NCBI GenBank assembly: GCA_019894975.1 | Contig: JAGXNO010000030.1 | Span: 1-45,475, forward strand | DNA: 45,475 bases | From: Promethearchaeota archaeon | GTDB lineage: Archaea; Asgardarchaeota; Lokiarchaeia; Sigyniarchaeales; SOKP01 | Reading direction: 5' to 3' | Part shown: piece after piece, positions 29,179 to 38,684 of the stretch | How positions within the stretch are numbered: position 1 is the stretch's first letter | Layout of the letters: each line of letters begins with the position of its first letter | Position numbers and translations under genes: made by a program | The notes under the pieces: generated by a model | Told to the model about the DNA's origin: nothing | The model's input: the letters and a program-made list of their open reading frames with translations, nothing else | Databases searched by the model: none

Positions 29179-31020
29179 ATGAAAATGGAAGATTACGATT
29201 TGTTTGATGAAAATACTAAAGCTATTATTTATGGATTTCAGGCCAATGCTATTCAAAGGATGCTAGATTTTGATTATATTTGTAAAAGAGAAAAACCATC
29301 AGTAGCAGCAGTAATACGTCCCACTCAAGATGCAGCAGTTGCGTATCACAAAGTATTTTGGGGATCCAATGAGATCGTCGTACCCGTATATAAGACATTA
29401 GAATTAGCTGTTAGAAATCATCCCGATGCAGATGTAATGGTTAATTTTGCTTCATTCCGATCTGCTTATCCGACAAGTAAAGATGCTCTTGAAACTGATA
29501 CAATACGAACAGTAGCAATAATAGCAGAGGGTATGCCTGAAAGACAAACTAGACGTTTAATCAAAATCGCTAATGAAAAAAATAAAACAATTATTGGCCC
29601 TGCTACTGTAGGAGGTATTAAAGCGGGTGCTTTTAAAATTGGAAATACTGCGGGAACAATTGAAAACATAGAATTATCAAAACTCTACAGGCCCGGTTCC
29701 GTGGGATTTGTATCTAAATCAGGTGGATTATCTAATGAAATGAACTTTATGATATCACAAACTACTGATGGGATATATGAAGGAATTGCTATTGGAGGAG
29801 ATAGATATCCTGGATCTCAACTAATTGATCATTTACTAAGGTATGAAGCTAATCCTAACATTAAAATGTTAGTAGCATTGGGAGAAATTGGTGGTAAAGA
29901 TGAGTATGAAATTATTGATGCCATTAAAACGGGAAAGATAACTAAACCATTAGTTATATGGGTGGCTGGAACAGGAGCAAGGATCCTACCTGCAGGTTTG
30001 CAATTTGGACATGCTGGAGCTATGGCTGGAAGTGATATGGAAACTGCAGAGGCAAAGAATAAAGCTTTGAGGGAAGTAGGTGCAATTGTCCCTGATTCTT
30101 ATGAAGATTTAGACAAACTAATTAGAAAAACATTCGAACAATTAGTAGAGGAAGGAAAAGCTAAACCTGCCGAAGATTTTGAACCGCCAAAAGTACCATT
30201 AGATTTTAACGAGGCTACAAGATTAGGCTTAGTAAGACGCCCTACAGATGTCATTGTATCTATAAGTGATGATCGAGGGGAAATTGTAACTTACAATCAA
30301 ATTCCTCTAGATATTATTATAAGAGAAAACAAATCATTGGGTTATGTAATAGGATTACTCTGGTTTAAAAAAGAATTACCTGAATTTGCTCAACAATATA
30401 TCGAAATGGTAGTTAAATTGACAGCTGATCATGGTCCTGCTGTTTCAGGAGCGCACAATGCTATAATTACTGCTCGAGCAGGAAAAGATTTGATGTCCGC
30501 ATTAGCCAGTGGTATCCTTACGATTGGTCCTCGATTTGGAGGAGCCGTTTCTGATGCTGCAAAATATTTTAGAGAAGCAATGCATAAGAATATGAGTCCT
30601 GTTGAGTTCATGAATTATATGAAACAAGTAGTTAAAATAAACATTCCTGGAATAGGTCACAGAGTAAAATCCGTTCAAAATCCTGACATGCGTGTAGTGT
30701 TATTAAAAGAATTCATTTTAAAGAACTTTCCAAAACATCCCCATTTAGATTATGCGCTAGAAGTTGAAAAAGCAACAACCTCAAAAAGAAATAACCTGAT
30801 TTTAAATGTTGATGGTTGTATAGGGATAACATTTTTAGACCTATTGGAAAATCTAGATTATACTAAAGAAGAAGTTGAAGATATAATTTATAGTGAAGCA
30901 TTAAACGGATTGTTTGTTTTGGGAAGGTCTATTGGGATAATGGGACATATTTTTGACCAGAAACGCCAACGCGCTGGATTATTTAGACAGCCTTATGATG
31001 AAATATTATTTACAGAATAA
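29179..31020 (+). CDS. aclA: ATP-citrate lyase, CoA-binding/citryl-CoA lyase subunit
   Basis: QRMLDFD, NFASFRSA, IGPATVGG, KLYRPGSV, phospho-His FGHAGA, ADHGPAVSGAHN, IGPRFGGA, GIGHR, LNVDG. Confidence 0.96.
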   Translation: MKMEDYDLFDENTKAIIYGFQANAIQRMLDFDYICKREKPSVAAVIRPTQDAAVAYHKVFWGSNEIVVPVYKTLELAVRNHPDADVMVNFASFRSAYPTSKDALETDTIRTVAIIAEGMPERQTRRLIKIANEKNKTIIGPATVGGIKAGAFKIGNTAGTIENIELSKLYRPGSVGFVSKSGGLSNEMNFMISQTTDGIYEGIAIGGDRYPGSQLIDHLLRYEANPNIKMLVALGEIGGKDEYEIIDAIKTGKITKPLVIWVAGTGARILPAGLQFGHAGAMAGSDMETAEAKNKALREVGAIVPDSYEDLDKLIRKTFEQLVEEGKAKPAEDFEPPKVPLDFNEATRLGLVRRPTDVIVSISDDRGEIVTYNQIPLDIIIRENKSLGYVIGLLWFKKELPEFAQQYIEMVVKLTADHGPAVSGAHNAIITARAGKDLMSALASGILTIGPRFGGAVSDAAKYFREAMHKNMSPVEFMNYMKQVVKINIPGIGHRVKSVQNPDMRVVLLKEFILKNFPKHPHLDYALEVEKATTSKRNNLILNVDGCIGITFLDLLENLDYTKEEVEDIIYSEALNGLFVLGRSIGIMGHIFDQKRQRAGLFRQPYDEILFTE

Positions 31021-31104
31021 TTTTTTTTAAAAATTTATAAAAAATTTAAATTAAAGAAAAAATCAAAAATAATCATTATTAATAAAAAATTGGAGGAAAT
31101 TTAA

Positions 31105-32301
31105 ATGAACGAAAAAGTTGAGAAGGCTAAGGATCACTTTGCAAAACTCGTGGAAGAACAGCTTGAAAGAGTTGAACGTATGAAAAAAGGCGCTGATTGG
31201 ACAGATTATTCCAAGTTAAAACCAATCATTATTGGCCTCGTTGGGGGGGATGGAATCGGACCTTTCATTACAAAACACGCACAAGCCATTTTAGAGTTTT
31301 TACTAAAGGATGAAGTGGATAGTGGAGCTGTGGAATTTCGAGTCATTGAAGGATTGACCATTGAGAATAGAGCAAAAGTAATGAAGGCTATCCCTGATGA
31401 TGTTTTGGTGGAAATTAAAAAGTGTCACGTGCTATTAAAAGGCCCTACTACTACCCCACGTAAAGGAGATAAATGGCCTAATATTGAAAGTGCTAATGTC
31501 ACTATGAGACGTGAATTGGATCTATTCGCTAATGTTCGTCCAGTAAAAGTTCCGGAATTAGGAATAGATTGGATGTTCTTTAGAGAAAATACTGAGGGTG
31601 CTTATGTGTTAGGATCTAGGGGAATTAATATTTCTGAGGATCTTTCCATAGATTTCAAAGTTATAACAAAACAAGGCTCAGATCGAATTATACGGTTAGC
31701 CTTTGACTATGCTGCTAAAAATAATATCAATCGAGTTTCAGTGGTAACCAAGGCAAATGTAGTTAAAGCTACAGATGGTAGATTTCTTGCGATGGCGGAA
31801 GAGATTGCAAAGGAATATCCACAAGTAAAATGGGATGATTGGTATATAGATATTGCTACAGCAAAATTAATCGATCCTGCACGTCAAAGTGATTTTAAAG
31901 TTTTTGTCGCTCCCAATCTTTATGGGGATATAATCACAGATGAAGCCGCCCAAATTCAAGGTGGTGTTGGAACAGCAGGTAGTGCTAATATAGGCAAAAA
32001 ATATTCAATGTTTGAAGCAATCCATGGCTCAGCTCCGAGAATGGTTGAAGAAGGTCGGGCTCAATTTGCTGATCCTTCTAGTATTATAAAGGCTGCAGCA
32101 TTACTTCTAAACCATATAGGGTTTGTAGATAAAGCGAAACAACTGGAAATGGCTCTTGATATTTGTGCAACTTATGAGAAAAAAGTTGTCCTCACTGGAA
32201 GAGATACAGGTGCTACGGGGGAAGAATATGCAAAATATATTATGGATACTCTACAAGATCCTGAATTAAAAAATAAATTTGAAAAACTCTCAAAAATCTA
32301 A
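31105..32301 (+). CDS. icd: Isocitrate dehydrogenase (isocitrate/isopropylmalate dehydrogenase family), probably NADP-linked
   Basis: GDGIGP, KGPTTTP, isocitrate-type S-x-N (ESANV), RENTEG, KANV, NLYGDIITD, EAIHGSAPR; directly downstream of aclBA. Confidence 0.8.
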   Translation: MNEKVEKAKDHFAKLVEEQLERVERMKKGADWTDYSKLKPIIIGLVGGDGIGPFITKHAQAILEFLLKDEVDSGAVEFRVIEGLTIENRAKVMKAIPDDVLVEIKKCHVLLKGPTTTPRKGDKWPNIESANVTMRRELDLFANVRPVKVPELGIDWMFFRENTEGAYVLGSRGINISEDLSIDFKVITKQGSDRIIRLAFDYAAKNNINRVSVVTKANVVKATDGRFLAMAEEIAKEYPQVKWDDWYIDIATAKLIDPARQSDFKVFVAPNLYGDIITDEAAQIQGGVGTAGSANIGKKYSMFEAIHGSAPRMVEEGRAQFADPSSIIKAAALLLNHIGFVDKAKQLEMALDICATYEKKVVLTGRDTGATGEEYAKYIMDTLQDPELKNKFEKLSKI

Positions 32302-32305
32302 GTAG

Positions 32306-32349
32306 GAAGAGTCAAATCTAGGTTAAAATTTGATTTTCTTTTTTCTTTT
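32306..32349 (+). terminator. Hairpin plus T-tract terminator after icd
   Basis: AGAGTCAAAT...ATTTGATTTT can form a ~10-bp stem (with G-U pairs), followed by CTTTTTTCTTTT. Confidence 0.5.
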
Positions 32350-32893
32350 AATCATTACTGAATCGGGAGTAGAATCAATATAATCCTCCAAATTTTGGGA
32401 ATCCTTTTTTTAAAAATTTATTCCAGACTATAATTCCAATTAAAAATATAGATTAATTATTCTGAAATGCTAATTCTAGAAGGTTTAGCTTAAAAAGATT
32501 TCAGCTTTTAATTAGAAGAAAAAATAAAATAACATATCTGATGAGTTTTAGGAATTTAGAAGTATTTAAAGATAAATATAAATATCATTCTTACTTCTAC
32601 TAATACATACATAAAAAAAACTTAAGATCCTTAAAATCTTAAAGTTTTAGATTTGTATTTAAACCATATCTCATGTATCATTGTCGTTCTTAATGATTTC
32701 GACACTGAAAGTGACAAATATCTTTTAGCTATTTTGACAGGGATTCCTTAATATTGAAGATATTATGAGATTAGAAAAGTCATGTTTACTCGAAATAACA
32801 ATAATTTACCAAGGGAATAGAGCTATTTTCCTAAAATTTAATCTTCATTTCTCTATTTACCTAACCTAAAATTAAAAAAAAGGCTGTAAATAA

Positions 32894-33802
32894 ATGATTG
32901 TACAAACAGAAAATAATTCTAATATATTGAGAAAATATCCTTTCTCATTATTAGATATGGACGGTTCATCGGAAATGTGGAAGGGGATATATATTGCTTA
33001 CATAGATTTAATCGAGAACAAAATTAATTTGTTAAAAAATGATTCTATTAGTATAGTTAGAAATTTCGATTTTGCTTTAAATAATGAAATTCGGAAGAGA
33101 ATTGCTGCTTTAGTTATTATTGAAGTTGAAGAAAAGATATCTAATCCAGTTTCTAAGACTTCAACCAATATTTTGAATAAATCACGAGAAAAAATCGAAG
33201 ATCAATATACTGATGACGTTGAAAAAGAAAACCTTAATCTCAAAATTACCTTTGTTTTTACCAATAGGAAATTACGACCGTTAAAATTAATTCAGATGCT
33301 TAAATTATCAGAAGAAGTAAAGAGATATACTCAATTACTTCATTTGAAAAAGCTTAAACAATATTCTAATATAATTCCACAGATTATTTTTATATCACTA
33401 TTTGGTTTTGAAACTACAGTAGAAGGTTTTCTAAGAAATAATCTTCATGGAAAATTAAATAGAAACATATCAACTATGGTTGTTCCGCCTATTGATGATA
33501 GGTTATGGAATAATTATCTTATCGAGACTTCAAAAGATAATAATAAAGAATATGAAAAACGTATATGGGGCCTTACTTTCGATGATTATAAAGCTTTGAA
33601 GAATAATGGTACCGCTAATCAAATACAAGTAAAAAAAATGGAAACCTATTATAGCGATTTAAAGGAATCTAAAGAGATCTCAGATTACAACTTTCACCAG
33701 TTAGATATTTGGGCAGATATTTTGAGTATTAAAAACTCTTCCACCATAATGGATCTAAAAAATTCTAGAAGGATGATGATTGAAGAACAAGTAATTGAGT
33801 AA
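32894..33802 (+). CDS. Hypothetical protein (orphan; weak resemblance to a degenerate PD-(D/E)XK fold)
   Basis: 302-aa open frame with normal composition; no family recognised with confidence. Confidence 0.75.
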   Translation: MIVQTENNSNILRKYPFSLLDMDGSSEMWKGIYIAYIDLIENKINLLKNDSISIVRNFDFALNNEIRKRIAALVIIEVEEKISNPVSKTSTNILNKSREKIEDQYTDDVEKENLNLKITFVFTNRKLRPLKLIQMLKLSEEVKRYTQLLHLKKLKQYSNIIPQIIFISLFGFETTVEGFLRNNLHGKLNRNISTMVVPPIDDRLWNNYLIETSKDNNKEYEKRIWGLTFDDYKALKNNGTANQIQVKKMETYYSDLKESKEISDYNFHQLDIWADILSIKNSSTIMDLKNSRRMMIEEQVIE

Positions 33803-33916
33803 TTTCTATACTAATTATTTTTTATTTTGGATTAATTCACTAGTAAGTTTAATTATGAGAATTATAATTTGATATACGTTTAGGTATTTACTTACACATT
33901 TAGTCTTATAAAATTC

Positions 33917-34993
33917 TTAATATTTTCCGTAACGTATAGATGCTTCAATAAAATATTCCACATTTTCGAAAGGTATTCCTTCATAAATAACCGTACTTGG
34001 TCCAATTATAAAATGACGGTTTTCCTTTAGAATATCCATTAATTCTTTCACATGATTGAAAATCTCTTCCTTGGACCCGAACGGAATAACCTGGGATATA
34101 TCGCCAAATCCATTAATAACAAAATTTGGATAATTCTCGTTTATAAAAAATGGATCAGCACCTCCTTCCCACCCTTGAACACCTTGAAAACCGACTCTTT
34201 GCAAGTATGGAACCATATCAGTTATATCTCCGTCTGTGTGTGTTGTAGCTTTCATCCCCGCATCACTTATTATGGAACATATTTCTTTGTAATATTTCCC
34301 AATATCCTGCATCCATCTCTCGGGAGAAATCATTGGGCGTCCCTTGAATGCGATATCATCATTGATATTTAAAACACCTGCACGGTCTCCTGTTGCATCA
34401 ATAATCGATTGGACTCGAATAAAAGTTAATTCTGCAAAATATTTTATCAATTCTCGATATAGCTTGGTATTTTTTCGATAATGATATGAAAAATTTTTAA
34501 ATCCCATAGATTGCCACAGCGTATCAAAAATTCCTCCTGTCTCGATGACAGGGAAAATATATGGGGAAATCATTTCGAAATGGTCCATTGACGATCTTAT
34601 TCTTTCAGAATCATCAACTTTTAGCATTGTTTCTCTAACTTTATCTAAATTCTCAATGTTGACAAAATAACCTTTCTTATAATAATCCAGCTTTATTACG
34701 GGTGGTTGACCATTCCAACCAACTAACACTTTCTCACCATTTTAGTCTTCCACCTCAACCCGACTCACTCTTAAACCAGGATAGACACCCCCAAAAACAG
34801 ATTCAAAACCCATAAAATAGGCATTCTTAAACCTGGGAATATCTGATTTGAAAGGTACATTCACATTTTCAAATTTTTGTTGGTGCAACTCAACAAATTC
34901 AGAACGAATATACTGAACAAACGTGGGAACGCGATCTAAATCTTTCCGTTTATCATCGTCAAGAACAGCTAGATATCTCTCCTTCGCATTCAT
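33917..34993 (-). pseudogene. Uroporphyrinogen decarboxylase / MtaA-CmuA methyltransferase family gene interrupted by an in-frame TAA at 34742-34744
   Basis: Track ORFs 34742..34993 and 33917..34729 share a frame: ...VEVED*NGEKVLVGWNG.... N-terminus MNAKERYL..LDRVP; C-part DDIAFKGRPMISP, HTDGD, IPFENV. Confidence 0.85.
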
Positions 34994-35023
34994 ATTTAAG
35001 ATTTTCTTCCAACTTATTAATTT

Positions 35024-35770
35024 TTACCTAAAATAACATACTAATCCTCCAAATCCTTCTACAATTGCACCTGATTCTGATTCCTGATTGACGATTTTGG
35101 TTTTAATATCAAGATTTTTTGCATTTTGCAGGATTTGATAAGTTTTATTTCTATTTTTTGGGTTTTTTAGATATTCTTCAGTTAGAATAATATAATTTGG
35201 TTTAGGTAATTTTGGATTTCTTTTAATAAGTCTTAGTTCATAATCGATTTCTCGCCATGTATATAGGATTTTTGAGAACTTTTCATTTTTATTAATGATT
35301 TCCATCAACTCTTCTAAGATCAACAACCCCTCTTGGTTTGAAGTCTCATCAACGATATCTTTAAAATTTTCTTGCGTTTTTAAGTAATAGACATCCTTTT
35401 GAGATCTTGCTTGATTACTTATAATCTTAGAAAAAACAACCTGCTTATCTCCTTTCTTTGATAGCCATGAATGATGTTTTTTAACATGATTAAGAAATTC
35501 ATCTGAATAATCTTCTTTTGGAGGAGAAAGCAATATGACACTTCTAATACCTTCTTTAATTAAAGGTCTTAAAACATTGATGATTTCCTCGTGAAAATGA
35601 TATAAATGTTTTTCATTTTGACTTTTTCTCTTCCTTCCACGATTTATTTTTAGGTGCAATCTAATGGTCTCACTGAAGATTCGCCAAAATACAGCATCGT
35701 TATTATGCAATCCAATAAGAATTGCGATTGGATGGCCACGTGTTACACGTTTCTTTCTTTTTATTGCCAT
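35024..35770 (-). CDS. Pelota/aRF1-like protein comprising only middle and C-terminal domains
   Basis: AILIGL..DAVFW, RSVILLSPP (ilaGPG-equivalent), C-terminal ESESGAIVEGFGGLVCYFR, matching the eRF1 domain-3 FGG-R signature. Confidence 0.65.
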   Translation of the reverse strand: MAIKRKKRVTRGHPIAILIGLHNNDAVFWRIFSETIRLHLKINRGRKRKSQNEKHLYHFHEEIINVLRPLIKEGIRSVILLSPPKEDYSDEFLNHVKKHHSWLSKKGDKQVVFSKIISNQARSQKDVYYLKTQENFKDIVDETSNQEGLLILEELMEIINKNEKFSKILYTWREIDYELRLIKRNPKLPKPNYIILTEEYLKNPKNRNKTYQILQNAKNLDIKTKIVNQESESGAIVEGFGGLVCYFR

Positions 35771-35958
35771 GATTATTTATAAATTAATTCACGCCTTAGG
35801 GTTTAAAACTCTTCCCATAAAAACAATACTTTTTGTTTGAGTTTTTAATGATAATATATCTAAAAGATATGGTTAAAAATTAATTTTTTCATCTAAACTA
35901 AATAATTCTAGGAAGGATATCAAGATAAAGGATAAATTCATATTATTCATTTAATTAG

Positions 35959-36462
35959 ATGAATAATAAAAAGCAAAAATACAAATTTTCACTTATACAA
36001 TACAGAAAAGATGAAAGAATTGTAGAGCTTGTAAATAAAACTAATAAAAAGACATTAGCAGTCTGGGCGATTGATTGCACCAAGCGTGTTCTGCCATACT
36101 TTGAGAAAAAATATCCTAAAGACTATCGTCTCAGAAATGGTATCGAAACACTCCAAACATGGATAAACAACGGAGTGTTTAAGATGGCAATCATACGCAA
36201 GGCTTCACTTGATGCTCACGCGGCTGCTCGCGAAGTAGGTGAGGATAATGCCGCCCGTTCTGCCGCCCGTGCTGTAGGTCAGACTGTTGCAACAACTCAC
36301 GTTAAAACTCATTCTATTGGTGCTGCTATTTATGTCTTACAGGCTATACATAGAGCTGCCAAATATTCTGATGCTTATACTGCTGTAGCCAAAGAACGAG
36401 AGTGGCAATATCAACACTTGCTTAGTTTGAGAGAAAAATTATCCCATAAAGAAGAAATTTAA
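35959..36462 (+). CDS. Imm5-like putative immunity protein (all-alpha, Ala-rich)
   Basis: LAVWAIDC..RVLPYFE..P.D.R, AHAAARE, AARSAARAVGQ..AT.HV..H, EREWQ. Confidence 0.75.
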   Translation: MNNKKQKYKFSLIQYRKDERIVELVNKTNKKTLAVWAIDCTKRVLPYFEKKYPKDYRLRNGIETLQTWINNGVFKMAIIRKASLDAHAAAREVGEDNAARSAARAVGQTVATTHVKTHSIGAAIYVLQAIHRAAKYSDAYTAVAKEREWQYQHLLSLREKLSHKEEI

Positions 36463-36610
36463 GATTAAATACCCAATTCGAACTACTAAAGAACCTGTAA
36501 TAGAAAAAAAGTGGGTTATCTTTCCCATATTTTTATAAGAAACTATTATTACAAATCCCAAATTAATTATTATAACAATAAAGCGAACACTACAAGAATG
36601 GTTTGTATCA

Positions 36611-37954
36611 ATGAATAAAAAGAAAGTTATTATAATTGGCGCTCTTGGAATGGATTTTCATGTTTTTAACACTGTTTTTAGAGATAATGATGAATATGAT
36701 GTAGTAGCATTCACTATTGCTGGAGAACAAAATGTAGGTACAACAGAAGAAACAGAGAGGAAATATCCAGCAGAATTAGCAGGTAAATTATATCCAAATG
36801 GAATTCCAATGGTTTCTGAAGAGCTTTTAGAAGAATATATAAAAAAATATGAAATAGATGAAGTAGTATTTTCTTATTCTGACGTATCGCATGAAGAAGT
36901 AATGCATAAAGCCTCAAGAGTTCTAAGTGCTGGGGCTAATTATCGATTGATCTCTGGACGATTCTCACAAATTAAGGCAAATAAACCCGTAGTTGCTATA
37001 TGCGCTGTAAGAACAGGTTGTGGAAAAAGCCAAGTTTCGCGAGCTACTTACAGATATTTAAAAAGTAAAGGATATCGAGTAGTTGCTATACGAGAACCGA
37101 TGCCTTATGGAGATTTAGTTAAACAAAATGTAATGCGTTTTGAAAAATATGAAGATTTAGATAAATATGATTGCACTATCGAAGAACGCGAAGAGTATGA
37201 ACCTTATATTGAACAAGGTTTAGTGATTTACTCTGGAGTAGATTATGAAAAAATTATTCGAGAAGCTGAAAAAGAAGCGGATGTTATTATTTTTGATGGA
37301 GGAAATAATGAAATCTCATTCTATATAACTGACTTACTCTTTATTGTGGTTGATCCATTAAGACCTGGTCATGAGGTTAAATACCATCCAGGAGAGGTTA
37401 ACGCTAAGTATGCTGATGCTTTTGTTATTAATAAGATGAATAGTGCAAAGCCAGAAGATGTTAGAATTGTTGAAGATAATTTAGATAAATTGAACCCGGA
37501 AGCAATAAGAATTTATACTAATTCTGTTGTAACTGTTGAAGGAAATCAGGATTTCAGTGGAAAGAAAGTTCTTGTAGTAGAAGACGGTCCTACTTTAACA
37601 CATGGAAATATGTCGTATGGAGCAGGATATGTTGCTGCCAAAAATAGTGGAGCTACTATCGTTGATCCTAGACCCTATCTCACAGGTTCAATGAAAAGTT
37701 TATTTGAAGAATTTCCTCAAATTACTGAAATTGTTCCAGCAATGGGTTATAATGATCAGCAAATTAAAGATATGGAAGATACCTTAAATAAAGCGGAAGC
37801 TGAAGTTATTATTGATGGCAGTCCAATAGATCTTGAAAAACTAATAAAAAGCAATAAACCAATTGTCAGAGTATCTTACGATATCGAAGCTATAAAAAGC
37901 CCAACAATAGAAGAAGTGCTTGATGATTTTATTAATAAATTTTTAAAAAAATAG
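36611..37954 (+). CDS. COG2403 P-loop ATPase (cyclic 2,3-diphosphoglycerate synthase-like / arginine synthetase ArcE homologue)
   Basis: DFHxFN..FRDN, YPAELAG.LYP.GIP, YSDVSH, Walker A AVRTGCGKS, PMPYGDL, TIEEREEYEP, DGGNN, EDGPTLTHG, PAMGY. Confidence 0.85.
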   Translation: MNKKKVIIIGALGMDFHVFNTVFRDNDEYDVVAFTIAGEQNVGTTEETERKYPAELAGKLYPNGIPMVSEELLEEYIKKYEIDEVVFSYSDVSHEEVMHKASRVLSAGANYRLISGRFSQIKANKPVVAICAVRTGCGKSQVSRATYRYLKSKGYRVVAIREPMPYGDLVKQNVMRFEKYEDLDKYDCTIEEREEYEPYIEQGLVIYSGVDYEKIIREAEKEADVIIFDGGNNEISFYITDLLFIVVDPLRPGHEVKYHPGEVNAKYADAFVINKMNSAKPEDVRIVEDNLDKLNPEAIRIYTNSVVTVEGNQDFSGKKVLVVEDGPTLTHGNMSYGAGYVAAKNSGATIVDPRPYLTGSMKSLFEEFPQITEIVPAMGYNDQQIKDMEDTLNKAEAEVIIDGSPIDLEKLIKSNKPIVRVSYDIEAIKSPTIEEVLDDFINKFLKK

Positions 37955-37997
37955 TTATTTATTTTAAACTTTCCTTGGAAAGCCTTAACAATTATTT

Positions 37998-38504
37998 TTA
38001 TTTTTTAACCTTTTTCAGGTAGTGAAGATAAACCGCAAGCCCTAAAACGAACACACCTATATCCATTAATAAAACCCCAAACCAAGTACTATATACACCA
38101 AGGCCTATGTTTACTGCATCATCAAAGAGAATCGGTACTCCCGAAGCATTAGGATCAATAGCACTCATTGGCCACCCTATAAAATCCAAAACCCAATGGC
38201 TAAAAACAAGAAGTCCTACACTCAAACTAATATAAAAGACTTCTAGACTCCATATTCCTGAATTGAGCTTTTTGTCTTGTTCATTTTTTGAACCAAGATA
38301 TACTCTGAAAAGTGCGGTGATTAGCATAGCAATGATTGACCAGATAATAGCCATAAAAAGACCATGTGAAATCCATGTAGCAAAAAAGAAAACACCGGCT
38401 AAGATATCAATAGCCATAACGCTAATCAATAAAGCCCAAAGGGGGATTTTAGGAAATAATCGCTTGGCTGCCAATCCTATTCCTATATGAGCTAAAGCAG
38501 GCAT
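37998..38504 (-). CDS. Membrane-bound metal-dependent hydrolase-like protein (YdjM-like)
   Basis: AH, ID, SHG and SHWVLD motifs within hydrophobic helices; TTTTATAA box 23 nt upstream. Confidence 0.65.
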   Translation of the reverse strand: MPALAHIGIGLAAKRLFPKIPLWALLISVMAIDILAGVFFFATWISHGLFMAIIWSIIAMLITALFRVYLGSKNEQDKKLNSGIWSLEVFYISLSVGLLVFSHWVLDFIGWPMSAIDPNASGVPILFDDAVNIGLGVYSTWFGVLLMDIGVFVLGLAVYLHYLKKVKK

Positions 38505-38684
38505 GTGATTTGAATAGGGTGTATTACTTATAAAAATTACCTAGTCCGATTTCTAAACATATAGAGATTTTTCTTCATTTTTCATTGATTTGAATAACAT
38601 TTAATTCTAAAGTCTCATTTGATCATCCATAATTCCAAATTTTGTTTTTACATTACTAATCTAAACCGAGTAAAGTGTATATTT

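Noticed and set aside
8482-34744. Idea that TAA is recoded, given two in-frame TAAs and a nearby release-factor-like gene
   Set aside because: TAA is the normal stop for most genes in the window; mutation or sequencing error is far simpler
38619-38684. N-terminal extension of the AOR from TTG 38619
   Set aside because: Reads like intergenic sequence; ATG 38685 gives a more plausible N-terminus
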